Under the pieces are notes generated by a model, which saw only the letters and a list, made by a program, of their open reading frames with translations, was not told the DNA's origin and did no database searches. DNA of 64,000 nucleotides from the human T2T-CHM13v2.0 reference genome, Homo sapiens. Shown here piece by piece: positions 21,801 through 33,588 of this stretch (positions are counted from its first letter, which is position 1; the number at the start of each line of letters is the position of its first letter). The position numbers and the translations under genes are program-made. The stretch is from positions 20,032,001-20,096,000 of the forward strand of contig CP086569.2 in the NCBI GenBank assembly GCA_009914755.4. The letters run 5' to 3'.

Positions 21801-24800
21801 TCCACCGTTCTGGGACCCATCCCTTCTGGAAAGGGAGTCCTTTGATCTTGCTCCAAGCCCTCTCTGGTTTTAGCTTTCCCCATTCCAGGACCCATGGGAA
21901 AGAAATAGTGTGTAGGTGAAATATGGATATGTGAGGCTGTAGCAGCATCAGAGTTTCCATAAATGTATTGATAGCACATACGGCAGAGTAGAGAACACTA
22001 AAATGTGAGTAGGTGTGACCAGAAAACTATTCAGAGAAAAGGAGGCCTACTGTATAGTAGGATGCAGAAGTGTCCAAAACAGATATTGTTTCTACCCATT
22101 GGAGCAATCAGTTAATGTTCCCAAGGGCCATGATGCGCAGGAATGAAGCTCTCCAGGAAGCTGTGAGTGGTTTTAGACTCTTGATAGCTCAGTGAAGATA
22201 TTTTCATTGCCAGCTGTGAAACAGTCCCTATAACCTTTATAAAATTAATCATGGAGGAAGAGAAGGGAGAAAAGAAAATAAAGCAAGCTTGCAGCCTATG
22301 CGGCATTCATCCTGAGGTCAACCTGCTGTCTGCCTTTGCAACCTCATGGTTTGGTGCCTCTTGTCCTAGAAGCACAGAGATGCTACATTTTACTTTGCCT
22401 GAACTACTCTGGCAACAGCAACTTGAATATTAGGAAATATTACATTTTACCTATGAGATATTTTTCACACCTTGGCTTTCTCCATTCCTATAACAATAAT
22501 TGCAGCAAGGCATGTGTAGAAGCTCAAACTTGGGGATAGTGATGGTGATGAGAAATCTATATAGGGGTTAAAATTTTATGGTACTACACATGCACATACA
22601 TTTCACATAAAACCCATGAAAACAAAACGATATTATTTAGTGAAGACATTGCATCAATGTCAGTTGACTGGGTTTGATGATCTGTGATAGTTAAGTTAGA
22701 TGCTTTTATTGGAGAAAGCTAAGTGAAGGATACACAGGAACTTTATCATTTTTGCAATAATTTCTGTGTCTTAAAAAATTATCTTAAAAGAAAAAGTTAA
22801 AAACCCTTAATGAAATGCATGATGGTTTCGTTTCTACCCGTTTGAATCAGAGAAGAGGAAAATGTGAAATCATTTTATTTTAAGATTTGTTCAACTAGAG
22901 GAGCACTGAGTGGATCAGTCTCTCTGGACAATGGCCAGAAGTGACCAGTAAAAATCAATCCTGTAGACTTCTGCATTCACAGTATATATTTGGTCTTTCA
23001 ATCACTTGAATGGGATCAGGGTAAATTCTAAAGCTCATTCGATGTTTGCAATGAACTGATATAGCCAATTCTCAATACTCTCAGCAGTGATTTTATAAAA
23101 CCACCAAAAACACTGAATTAGCAAAGACTGAACCTTGGTACTTTGAGAAATATGAGATTAGGTTCCTGTTAGGGTCTAGTCACATTTTCATCAAATAATC
23201 AATACATAGCCTTGTTTTAGGTGTGTGTCTGTTTAAAGCACATTATTAAATAGATATTTATGACTTCTTTTTATTGAACTCATGTCCAACAACTATAACT
23301 CCTGCCTGAATACCTGACAGAAGCTTCTCTAACATACGTATTTTCTCTATAAACAACATCACAACCTTCTTGCACTTAGAAGAACTAGACAGCACTCAGG
23401 CGTTACACTTGGGGGTCTTTTTAAAAAGCAAAATTACCAACAGGAAGAGGTTACATTTTGCAAAATTGCAAAAAGCATGACATTCAATAGACCACAAAAA
23501 GACGTGTGTTTACAGTATGAGTTGAAATAAAAAGGTAGAGCTCGTCCTAGCTCAGCTGGAACTGTGCAAGTCAAGTGCAAAGGAAATGTGCACATGGGTG
23601 GCACCTTCCAATTTTTTATTGCTCAAATTTCCATTAAAATGCAATGAGTATTTAATTGGGGCTACAAAGGGATTAGAGCAAGTACTTGAATTTGCAAAGA
23701 GAGAATCTGTGAGCAATGAAGATTGACTCTACTTAGGTAATCCGCAAAAGACCTTGGTCTCTGGCATTCACAACCTTGTTTATACCATTCTGCTGGACCA
23801 GAGTAGCACTGGGATATAGTTTATCCAACCCTATGTGGCCGAAGGTGACTGCACTCATCCTGGGTTTAAAAAGGACTGAAAATTTCTGCTTTGTGACATG
23901 GGATAAGTCACCCTACAACTACTTTGAGGCAGCTATATTGACAGAAGCCTGAATGGCCCTTATGGAGGAGAACCAAGGACAGTCAACAGCAATACTGAGC
24001 TCTTGATCTTCAGACAGCATTTCTCTGCCATGCCAACACATAAGGCCATCTTGGGAGTAGAATGCTTTAGTCACACACAGATGTATCTGCTTATGTCCCA
24101 GAAAGCAGAGCAGTGCTATGTCTACCAAAGTTTTCTAGGTGTCAGGATCCCAAACAGATGACTGAAATGGGCATAGTCATAGCCCATTTTCAGCTGTTCT
24201 TTCACTACCTGATACACAGCTTGCTACTATGAGATGGTTGCCTTGGCTTCTAAGACTGTTTACTCAAATTCCACTTGTTTTGAAATGCAAATGTGCACCT
24301 TCCCAATGCAAGGGATCTCTTCCAAGAATTAAAGAAACTAAACAGGATGCTACCCTTCAGCTCTCCTGAAATGTCTATGACCAATTTCAAACATCAATCA
24401 CAGTCACTAGGAGGTTCTATATTTTCCTAAGCCTGTTTTTTGCCATTGTCTACTTTGTTTTTGAAACAGCTATGTTATGCATCTGGGAGAGACTAACAAG
24501 GGTTATGTTTTGGCTGAATATTTATTATTTAGTGTTGCTAGTCAAATTATTTCTTACAAGGTTATGTCCAGGTGGAAGAAAGGTAAATATTGACAGAATG
24601 TGATGTTAAACACTTACTCTATGACCTGAAGGTCAATCAACCCAAAGTATATTAGTAACAACAATTTTTCATTTATATATCTGGCCTCTCAACATCCTGG
24701 AAGGTAAATGACCTGAAATAGGTAAATGATCTGAAATAAATAATAGTATACATGATGTATAGATGGATACTTCTTGTGTTTACCTAAAAAAAGGTGGTGA

Positions 24801-25689
24801 ACACACAAGTTTATTTGCATCCCCAAGACAGAGCCCCATATGGCCCCAGTGGGCCTACAATGGGTGGGTCTGGGCAGAGCAGCCCCAAATCTGTTAAACA
24901 AGAAATGAAACTTAATCACAAGCGTGCCATGATGGTGATAAACAATGTCTACCTAACTCTCTAGGGCTCCATGATTAGATATTTAAGTTGGGAACAAACT
25001 ATGCATTACCTATAGTTGGAATGAATTTTTAAGCTCATTAGTTAAGTGATAACTCCAGGAATGTTCTGCCACATGTCTGTAGGGTGTCTAGGGATTTTTA
25101 GCACAGCACAATTCCCAAAAGAAGACTGGTAATAACATCAGAAACCATGCTTCTAAGGGAAGTCTGCAGAGGGAGAGAAGTAGGAGTTGTTTGAATGAAC
25201 GCACCAGAACATTCAAATTGTCAGTTGTTCTGGAGACAGAAATAATAGAAAGCCACCTTCAATACATGACATGTCAGTATGAGCGAAGTGAACTGAAAAT
25301 GTAATGTGCAATTAGTTTTATTTTTTTGCCTAACGATGTGAATAGAAAGTCATTTCTACCAGGAGGACTTTTACCTTCTTCCACTTTTGCATGTTGTCTG
25401 GGTCAGAAATATTCATTTGGAACAAAGTAAACAATAATTTGCTGCTGTTGTCAGCAAACCAGATGCAAGAAAAGGGCAAGACACCATCTAGCAATCTCAA
25501 GAATACAATTATGCAGTTAGCAGAACTGAATAACTATTTTAAATAAATAAAAAATAAACATAACTCCTAATTCAGCCCAACCTTCCTAAAACTATACCTT
25601 TCTACCCCCTGGGAGGTACTGAGACACCTGAGAAGAACAGAATGGACGCTGATTTCTTGAGACTTTGACATCCTAGAATACTCTTGTTT

Positions 25690-26045
25690 TAATCCATTTG
25701 TGCTGCTATAACAAACTACTATAGACTGGATGGCTTAAACAACACACATTTATTGCTGACAGTTCTGGAGGCTGGGAGCCCAAGATCAAGGGGATGTGGC
25801 AAAATCTGAGTCTGATGGGGACCTTCTTTCTTTTCCATGGGTGGTGCCTTCTTACTGTGACTTCACATGGTAGAAGGGGGCAGGGGAACACTCTGGGATG
25901 CTCTCTTTAGAAGGGTGATAATCCTATTAATGAGGTTCCACCCTCATGACCTAACCACCTCCTAAAAGTTCACCTGTTAATACCATCACCTTGGGAGTTA
26001 AGTTTCAAGCTATGCATTTTGGAGGGACATATTCAGTAAATAGCA
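25690..26045 (-). mobile_element. MaLR LTR, MLT1-like, minus orientation
   Basis: CTGCTATAACAAACTACTATAGACTGGATGGCTTAAACAACACACATTTATTGCTGACAGTTCTGGAGGCTGGGAGCCCAAGATCAAGG is the reverse complement of the MLT1 3' end. ...CCCTCATGACCTAACCACCTCC...GGGAGTTAAGTTTCAAGCTATGCATTTTGGAGGGACA is the reverse complement of the MLT1 5' region. Confidence 0.6.
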
Positions 26046-26469
26046 ACTAAGTTTCCACTGCAAATAGACTAAAGTGGCCATTTAAGAGAGGGTGAGCCTT
26101 GCACAAACTTTTCCAAGCAGCCACGTGGGAGTATTCAGCAAGACGTTTTGATATGAAATTTTTTCATCTTTCTCCTAAGTGAAATTCAAATTTGTTAAAA
26201 CTACCACAATAGATATTAAATAATAGAGAAGTGGTAAAGGTGAAGGTATTCTACGTAAAGTAACTGAGGTCTTGGCTGGGGGCAGTGGCTCACACTTATA
26301 ATCCCAGCACTTTGGTGCTCCACACAAAGGTGTTTGGCATTTTGTAGCTGGAGCATATGACTCATGGCCAGGCTTTTTCCACCCATGGACAGCCTTCTAA
26401 GGAAGAATTCCTGCCTTCACTTCTGATTTTACATCAGAAATAAATAGTGTATGATTGTATGAGTTAGCT

Positions 26470-26600
26470 GCTGCCATGTAACAAATGATCACAGTCTTCG
26501 TGACTTAAAGCAACACACATTTACAATCTCACCATTCGCAGGCACAGTAAGTCTGGGTGTTCTGCTCACAGTCCCACAAGGCGGAAATCAACAGACGAAC
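26470..26600 (-). mobile_element. Second partial MLT1-like fragment
   Basis: GCTGCTGCCATGTAACAAATGATCACAGTCTTCGTGACTTAAAGCAACACACATTTACAATCTCACCATTCGCAGGCACAGTAAGTCTGGG. Confidence 0.5.
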
Positions 26601-26917
26601 CATTTTATTTGAATTTTGAGTCCTCTCCTGAGCTCTGTGGCTATTATCAGGATTTGGTTCTTGGTGGTTGTTGGAATGAGGTTATCAGTCCATTTCCTGG
26701 CATAAGGCCCTCTTCATTAATGTGTTAATTTTCTTCTTTAAGGCAAAAAGGAGGATAATTTTTGTTGTTTGAAATCTCTTTGTCTTCTCTTGCCTTTTGT
26801 CTATAGAAGCACTTATTAAAAATTCACTTGATTAACTCAGGTCCATCCAAAATAACCTCCTTTTTCATTAACATAAAGTCATTTAATGAGCTATCTCAGT
26901 TACTTTGTTTTTTGTTT

Positions 26918-27205
26918 TGTTTTGAGATGAAGTTTTCCTCCTGTTTCCCAGACTGCAGTGCAATGGTGCAGTCTCAGTTCACTTCAACCCACCTCCTGGG
27001 TTCAAGCAATTCTCCTGCCTCAGCCTCCTGAGTAGCTGGGACTACAGGGTCCTGCCACCACGCTATGCTAATTTTTTAATATTTTTAGTAGAGATGAGGT
27101 TTTCCCTTGTTGGCCAGGCTGGTCTGAAGTTCCTGACCTCAAGTGATCCACCTGCCTCAACCTCCCAAAGTGCTGGGTTTATAGATGTGAGACACTGCAC
27201 CCAGC
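26918..27205 (-). mobile_element. Alu, full length, minus orientation
   Basis: TTTTGTTTTGTTTTGAGATGAAGTTTTCCTCCTGTTTCCCAGACTGCAGTGCAATGGTGCAG...CCCAAAGTGCTGGGTTTATAGATGTGAGACACTGCACCCAGCC. Confidence 0.9.
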
Positions 27206-27739
27206 CAAGACCTCAGTTACTTTGTGTAGAATACCTTCACCTTTACCATGTAATGTAATCTAAATACAGGAGTGACATTCATGCTATTTCACAGTCCTAC
27301 CCAAATTCAAAGGGAGAAAATTAAACAGCGTGTCTGCATTGAAGGCAAGAATCTTGAGATCATTTTATTTTTCTTTCATTATAGATTCAGAAGTTACACT
27401 TGCAGTTTTGTTTCAAGGGAACCCACTCCTGATAATTCATGTGGTTCTTTTCTATTTTCCAGTCTGAGAAATAAAGGGAAAAAATACAAAAGAGAGAAAT
27501 TTTAAAGCTGGGTGTCTGGGGGAGAAATCACATGTTGGCAGATTCTGTGATGCCCCCTGAGCCATAAAACCAGCAAGTTTTTATTAGTGATTTTTCAAAA
27601 GGGGAGGGAGTGTATGAATAAGGTGTGGGTCACAGAGGTCACATGCTTCACAAGGTAATAAAATATCACAAGGCAAATAAATGGAGTCAGGGTGAGATCA
27701 CAGGACTGGGGCAAAATGAAAATTGCTAACGAAGTTTGG

Positions 27740-28705
27740 CCTAGACATGCATTCTCTTTCTCAGTGTTGTTCCTTGCTGAGAAAAATAATTCAGTGATAT
27801 TTCTCCTATTTGCTTTTGAAAGAAGAGAAATATGGCTCTGTTCCACCCTGCCCACAGGCAGCCAGACTTTGTCACCCTTGTTCCCTGAACATTGATTTTA
27901 TCCTGTTCTTAAGGTGCCCAGATTTGATATTGTTCAAACAAACATGCTCTATGAACAATTTGTGCAGTTAAGGCAATCATCACAGGGTCATGAGGTGACA
28001 TTCTTCCTCAGCTTATGAAGATGACAGGATTAAGAGAATAAAGTAAAGACAGGCATAGGAAATCACAAGAGTATTGATTGGGGAAATGATGAATGTCCAT
28101 GAAATCTTCACAATTTATGTTCAGAGATTGCAGTAAAGGCAGGTGTAAGAAATTATAAAAGTATTAATTTGAGGAACTAATAAATATCCATGAAATCTTC
28201 ACAATTTATGTTCTTCTGTCATGGCTTCAGCCAGTCACCCATTCATGATCCCTGACTTCCTCTAACAGTCAGATGCAGGGTTTGGGTTTCTGTTGAATCC
28301 ACCATGCAAATAGTGAACCTAGTACCCAATAGGACATTTTACAGCCTTTGTTCCCTCCCTTCCTCACCCCTTTTGAATCCACCGCTTTTGAAGTTCATTG
28401 TTTCCATCTCTACACCCATGTGTATTCACTGTTTAGCTCCTACTTATAAGGGATAACATGTGATATTTGGGTTTTCTCTTTCTGCATTTATTCATTTAAG
28501 ATAATGTCTACTAGCTGCATTCATGCTGCAGAAAAACACGTGATTTAATTTTTTTATGGCTGCACAATATTCCACGGTGTACATGCATAATATTTTCTTA
28601 TGGAACAGAGCCATATTTCTCTTCTTTCAAAAGCAAATAGGAGAAATATCGCTGAATTATTTTTCTCAGAAAGAACAACACTGAGAAAGACAATGCATGT
28701 CTAGG
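27740..28705. repeat. Inverted repeat with about 105-bp arms (27740-27845 and 28601-28705, about 96% identical) and a roughly 755-bp spacer
   Basis: The reverse complement of 27740-27845 (TGGAACAGAGCCATATTTCTCTTCTTTCAAAAGCAAATAGGAGAAATATCACTGAATTATTTTTCTCAGCAAGGAACAACACTGAGAAAGAGAATGCATGTCTAGG) matches 28601-28705 except for about 4 differences. Confidence 0.85.
28044..28213 (+). repeat. Tandem duplication, 2 units of about 80 bp at a period of about 91 bp (about 80% identical), inside the inverted-repeat spacer
   Basis: AAAGACAGGCATAGGAAATCACAAGAGTATTGATTGGGGAAATGATGAATGTCCATGAAATCTTCACAATTTATGTTC // AAAGGCAGGTGTAAGAAATTATAAAAGTATTAATTTGAGGAACTAATAAATATCCATGAAATCTTCACAATTTATGTTC. Confidence 0.85.
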
Positions 28706-29260
28706 GGTAAGCCTCTAAAATGGCCACTTTGGGGACATCGGCCTTTTATGGTTGTAGATAAGGGAGGAAATAAGCCCTGGTCTCCTGTAGTCCTTCCAGG
28801 CTTATTTGGGTGAGGAAATAACCACCTAACAAATTTTCATCAGACCAGTTGTCTGCTCTCAAATCCTTTCTCAATCTGCCATGATGGACACTTACGTTAG
28901 TTCCATGATTTTACTATTGTGAATAGTGCTGCAATAAACACATAAGTGTGTGTGCCTTTTTGATATAATTATTTTTTTCTCTTTGAGTAGATACCCAGTA
29001 TTGGGATTGCTGGGTAGTTCCATTTTTAGTTGTTTGAGAAATCTCCATGCTGTTTTCCATATAGTTTACACTAATTTATATGCCCACCAGCAGTGTATAA
29101 AAGCTTGCTTTCCTTTGCAACCTAGTTAACATCTGTAATTTTCTGACATTTTAGTGATAGTCATACTATTTTATTTTGGTGTTAATTTGCATGTCTCTGA
29201 TGATTAGTGATGGTGAGCATTTCTATATTTTTTGGACTGCTTGTGAGTCTTCTTTTTTAA
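28400..29260 (-). mobile_element. Old L1 3'-end fragment, minus orientation, split into two pieces (28400-28600 and 28905-29260) by about 300 bp of non-L1 sequence that includes arm B of the inverted repeat
   Basis: 28400-28600 is the reverse complement of the L1 ORF2 3' end/3'UTR (..TTTAGCTCCTACTTATAAGGGATAACATG...TTTTTATGGCTGCACAATATTCCACGGTGTACATG). 28905-29260 reads ..TATTGTGAATAGTGCTGCAATAAACAC..TTGCATGTCTCTGATGATTAGTGATGGTGAGCATTTC. Confidence 0.7.
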
Positions 29261-29269
29261 AAAAATTTA

Positions 29270-29525
29270 TTATTATTTTTAAAAGAGTCTTGCTCCTTCT
29301 CCCAGCCTGGAGTGCAGTGCCATGATATTGACTCACTGCAACCTCCAAATCCTAGGTTCAAGTGATTCTCCTGCCTTAGTTTCCTGAGTAGGTGGAATTA
29401 GAGACAAGTGCTGCCACACCTGGCTAATTTTTATATTTTTAGTAGAGACGGGGTTTCACCATGTTTGCCAGCCTGGTCTCAAATTCCTGACTTCGTGATC
29501 TGTCTGCCTTGGACTCCCAAAGTTT
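29270..29525 (-). mobile_element. Alu, minus orientation
   Basis: AGAGTCTTGCTCCTTCTCCCAGCCTGGAGTGCAGTGCCATGATATTGACTCACTGCAACCTCCAAATCC...GGACTCCCAAAGT. Confidence 0.85.
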
Positions 29526-29549
29526 ATGTAGTGTATGTCTCCTTTAAAG

Positions 29550-29706
29550 GAGTATGGGCCAGGCATGGTGGCTCATGCCTGTAGTCCCAGGAGGCTCCAG
29601 TGAGCTTTAGTCATGCCACTGTTCTCCAGCCTGAGCAAGAGAGTAAAACCCTGTCTCTAAATACATACATACATACATACATACATACATACATACATAC
29701 ATACAT
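29550..29706 (+). repeat. Alu fragment (plus) whose tail is an (ATAC)11 microsatellite (29660-29706)
   Basis: GGCCAGGCATGGTGGCTCATGCCTGTAGTCCCAGGAGGC...CCTGTCTCTAAATACATACATACATAC... (ATAC x about 11). Confidence 0.85.
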
Positions 29707-29927
29707 AAAATGTAGCCTGGGATGGTTTACAAAAATTTGGAAAAATTTTAGCCTGGAACAGGCCTAAGTTGTCACAAGCAATTCTCATAGGCAACTGGTA
29801 CAGCACAGCATGCAGCACTCTGTAGGCAACAGTCTGTTTGTTTCTCTGCCCACTCTACGTAAAGATGTTTTAATGTGAGTTGCTGCAAAAGCTCTCAAAG
29901 ATGCTGTCAACTCAATCACAAGCCATT

Positions 29928-30580
29928 GAGGGGTGAAGCCAGTTGGACTTCCTGGGTCTAGTGGGGACTTGGAGAACTTTTCTGTCTTACAAAAAAAGGA
30001 CTGTAAAGTGAACCAATCAGCAGCTTCTAGCTAGGATGTAAAATGTACCAATCAGTGCTCTGTAGCTAGCAAGGGGATTGTAAAATTCACAAATCAGGGC
30101 TCTGTAAAAATACACCAATCAGCACTCTGTAACTAGCATTAGTATTGTAAATTGCACCAATAAGCACTCTGTAAAATGCACCTATTAGTGCTCTGTAAAA
30201 CACACTAATCAGTGCTCTGTAAAATGCACCAATCAGCACTCTGTAAAACACACCCATTAGCAGGATCCTAAAAGTAGCCAATCGCAAGGTGTATTTAAAA
30301 CAGGACATTGTGATAGGACAGAAATGGAACATGGGCAGGGATAAATAAGGGAATAAAGCTGGCCACCCCAGCCAGCAGTAGCAACCCACTTGGGTCCCCT
30401 TCCATGCTGTGGAAGCTTTGTTCTTTTACTCTTCACAATAAATCTTGCTGCTGCTCACCCTTTGGGTCTGTGCCATCTTTAAGAGTTGTAAAACTCACTG
30501 TGGAGGTTTGTGGCTCCATTCTTGAAGTCAGTGAAACCACAAATACACCAGAAGGAACCAACTTTGGACATACCATGATG
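29928..30580 (+). mobile_element. Solo LTR12 (HERV9 LTR) with an expanded U3 CCAAT-box tandem-repeat block (about 8 units, 30010-30270)
   Basis: Starts TGAGGGGTGAAGCCAGTTGGACTTCCTGGGTCTAGTGGGGACTTGGAGAACTTTTCTGTCTTAC. Repeated (A/C)ACCAATCAGCACTCTGTAAAA(T/C)(G/A)CA units. Then GCTGGCCACCCCAGCCAGCAGTAGCAACCC...CACAATAAATCTTGCTGCTGCTCACCCTTTGGG...AGTTGTAAAACTCACTGTGGAGG. No ERV internal sequence is adjacent. Confidence 0.85.
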
Positions 30581-30814
30581 CCCCCTTTTGGAGGCTTAGC
30601 TGGTCCTTCCATCTGAGGCTCCAAGTAAAAGAATATTTGTAGCTCTCTGATATCTCCTCCATCGTTAAATAAGCTAAAGTCTTCCCATAAAACTTACAGG
30701 TGAAGATAAAAGCCCTGGGCCTTTTTATTAATTTTCCTTTTCTAAACTCATGCAGATCCACAGACACCAGCATTTATGACTGTCATTTGCCCATAAGTTA
30801 AAAAGGAGACCCTG

Positions 30815-31118
30815 ACTGGGTGCAGTTCCTCATGCCTAAAATCCCAGCACTTTGGTAGGCTGAGGCAGGTGGGTCACAATGTCAGAAGTTCAAGGCCACC
30901 CTGGCCAACATAGTGAAACCTTGTCCCTACAAAAAATACAAAAAATTATTGGGGCATCTTGGTGGCTGCCTGTAATCCCAGCTACTTGTGAGGCTGAGAG
31001 AGGAGAATGGCTTGAACCAAGGAGGCAGAGGTTATAGTGAACTGAGATAATGTCACTACACACCACCCCAGGCTACAGTATAAGACTCCATCTCAAAAAA
31101 AAAAAAAAAAAAAGCTAA
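30815..31118 (+). mobile_element. Alu, full length, plus orientation, A20 tail
   Basis: CTGGGTGCAGTTCCTCATGCCTAAAATCCCAGCACTTTGGTAGGCTGAGGCAGGTGGGTCACAATGTCAGAAGTTCAAGGCCACCCTGGCCAACATAGTGAAACC... Confidence 0.9.
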
Positions 31119-33588
31119 AATAAAAGAGCAGATGCCTGCAGTCTGGACAACTTTCTCCAAAAAGAAGCCCTAGTATCGCTGTCCCTGATCTTTCTTTGAG
31201 AATAGAAAAGGAAACAAACCTCAGGCAATCGTCTAGAGTTGAGGTATTCACTTAACATACAAGCAGGAAATAAGAGCCTGACATTGACAGGAACAAACAA
31301 CAGCTCCCTTTATAACTGTAATTATTATCCCATTTACACTGGGATGTGAATTCAACAAGAAAAAAGAAAACTCAGTAGGTGTGGTCAGGACAATTGCATC
31401 CCAAATACCCATTAAAGAACAGATGATAAAGTCTCTGTGGTTACATTTTGAGCATCTTTTGTCCTTGAAGAAGGATGACAAAACTCTCTTTTTTTTCTTT
31501 TTTTATTTTTAGTGGGATTCAGTTGGATTCCCTTTGTATCCCTCAAGGATCTCTCACATTTTAGGCTGAGGAAGGCCAGAGAAGAGAATGGAGAATTCCA
31601 TCATCATAATTCCACAGAGAAAGACCAAGTTTCAGGATGTCTTCAGGTGGACAGTGTCCAGTGTGTCATAGATCTCAGGCTCTTACAAAGTGATGTGGGA
31701 GATCCCCAATACATGTCTCTTTTCTCCTGCTGCACCCCTTCCTACTGCTAATCTAATTAACCCATCTCTTATCCTCCCACTGTGAGCTTCACCTCTTCCT
31801 TCTACTCTGAGATAGGCTTCTAACTGTTTAGCTAATGTCTCTCTCCCCTTTCTCCATATTATCCAGAATTTAATTTTGTTTTAGGTCGTCTCAGTTTAAA
31901 GGCTACAACCCCACCCTCCTCTGTTACTATGAGATTTTGAATGGGGTCTGTTGGGTGGCGCCTCTGTGAAAGCTGTGAAAAACGAAGTGCATTTGGAGAT
32001 TTCTCATAGAACTTAAAACAGAACTACCATTCAACCTAGCAATCCCATTACTGAATATATAACCAAAGGAAATAGGTTGTTTTACCAAAAATAACATGCA
32101 TTCATGTGTTTATTGCAGTACTGTTCATATTAGCAAAGGCATGGATTTAACCTAGGTGCTTGTCAATTGCAGATTGAATGAAGAAAATGTGGTAGTTATA
32201 CACCACATGAAATACCACAGCACCATAAAAAAATAAAATTAGGTTATTTGCAGCAACATCATTGCATTTGGAGGCCATTATCTTAGCCAAAGTAACACAA
32301 TTCATGTTTCTTAGTGGGAGCTAAATATTGGCTACTCAGCAACATAAAGATGGGGACAATAGATACTAGGGACTACAAGTGTGGGATGGAAGAAAGGTTA
32401 ATAAACTAACTAGTGGGTAATATGCTCAGTATCTGGGTTATTTGATCATCCCAAACCTTGGTATCAAAAACATACCTATGGAACAAACTGGCACATGTAC
32501 TGCCTGAATCTAAAATAAAAGTTGAATTTTATTTCAAAAAAAAAGATACAGGAGGTGTAAGCCAAGATGGCCTAATAGGAAGAGCACCAGTCTGCAGCTC
32601 CCAGCATGATGGACACAGAAAAAGGGTGCTTTCTGCATTTCCAACTGAGGTAAGTGGTTCATCTCATTGGGACCAGTTGGACAGTGGGTGCAGCCCATGG
32701 AGGGTGAGCCAAAGCAGGGTGGGGCATCGCCTCCCTCAGGAAGTTCAAGGGGTCAGGGGATTTCCCTTTCCTAGCCAATGGAAGCTGTGAGAGACTACCT
32801 GGAAAAAGGGAACACTCCCACCTATATACTGTGCTTTTCCCAAGGTCTTAGCAACAGGCAGACACACTGATTCTCTCCTGTGCCTGGCTCAGTGACTCTC
32901 ATGCCCACGGAGCCTTGCTCACTGCTAGCACAGCAGTCTGGGTTTGATCTGCGAGACAGCAGTCTAGCTGGGGGAGAGGCATCTGCCATTGCTGAGGCTA
33001 GAGAAGGTAAACAAAGTGACCAGGAAGCTGGAACTGGGTGGAACCCACCACAGCTCAACAAGGCCTACTGTCTCTAGACTCCACATCTGTGGGCATGGCA
33101 TAGCTGAAGAAAAGGCAGCAGACAACTTCTGCAGACTTAAATGCACCTGTCTGATAGCTCTGAAGAGAGCAGTGGTTCTCCCAGCGTGGTGTTTGAGCTC
33201 TGAGAATGGACAGACTGCCTCCTCTGGTGGGTCCCTGTGTAGCCTATATAGGAGACAACTCACAGCAGGGGCAACAGACACCTCATACAGGCTGATGACC
33301 CTCTGGGATGAAGTTTTCAGAGGAAAGATCTGGCAGAAATATTTGCTGTTCTGCAATATTTGCTGTTCTGCAGCCTCTGCTGGTGATATCCAGGCAAACA
33401 GGGTCTGGAGTGGACCTCCAGCAGAATCCAACAGACCTGCAGCTGGGGGACCTGACTGTTAGAAGGAAAACTAACAAACAGAAAGCAATAGCATCTACAT
33501 CAACAGAAAGCTTACCTATACCAAAATCCCATTTGTAGGTCACCAACACCAAGTACCAAATGTAGATAAAGTCACAGAGATGGGGAGA

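Noticed and set aside
30010-30270. Regularly spaced about 40-bp repeats that superficially resemble a CRISPR repeat-spacer array (also 6226-6330 and 14990-15075)
   Set aside because: The units are directly adjacent degenerate tandem copies, with no unique spacers. They sit inside a recognisable LTR12 U3 with the canonical CCAAT motif. The surrounding sequence is primate DNA (Alu/L1), not prokaryotic.
30087-30389. 100-aa minus-strand ORF with a repeated VFYRVLIGAFYRALI peptide
   Set aside because: Translation of the LTR12 CCAAT tandem repeats; the periodic peptide mirrors the DNA repeat and is not a gene.
32480-32560. Target-site duplication for the L1 at 32551-38668
   Set aside because: Candidate matches (AAATAAAAGTTGAAT upstream vs AAATAAATTCAGGATTGAAT downstream) are weak and overlap the A-rich tail. 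They cannot be distinguished from chance by eye.
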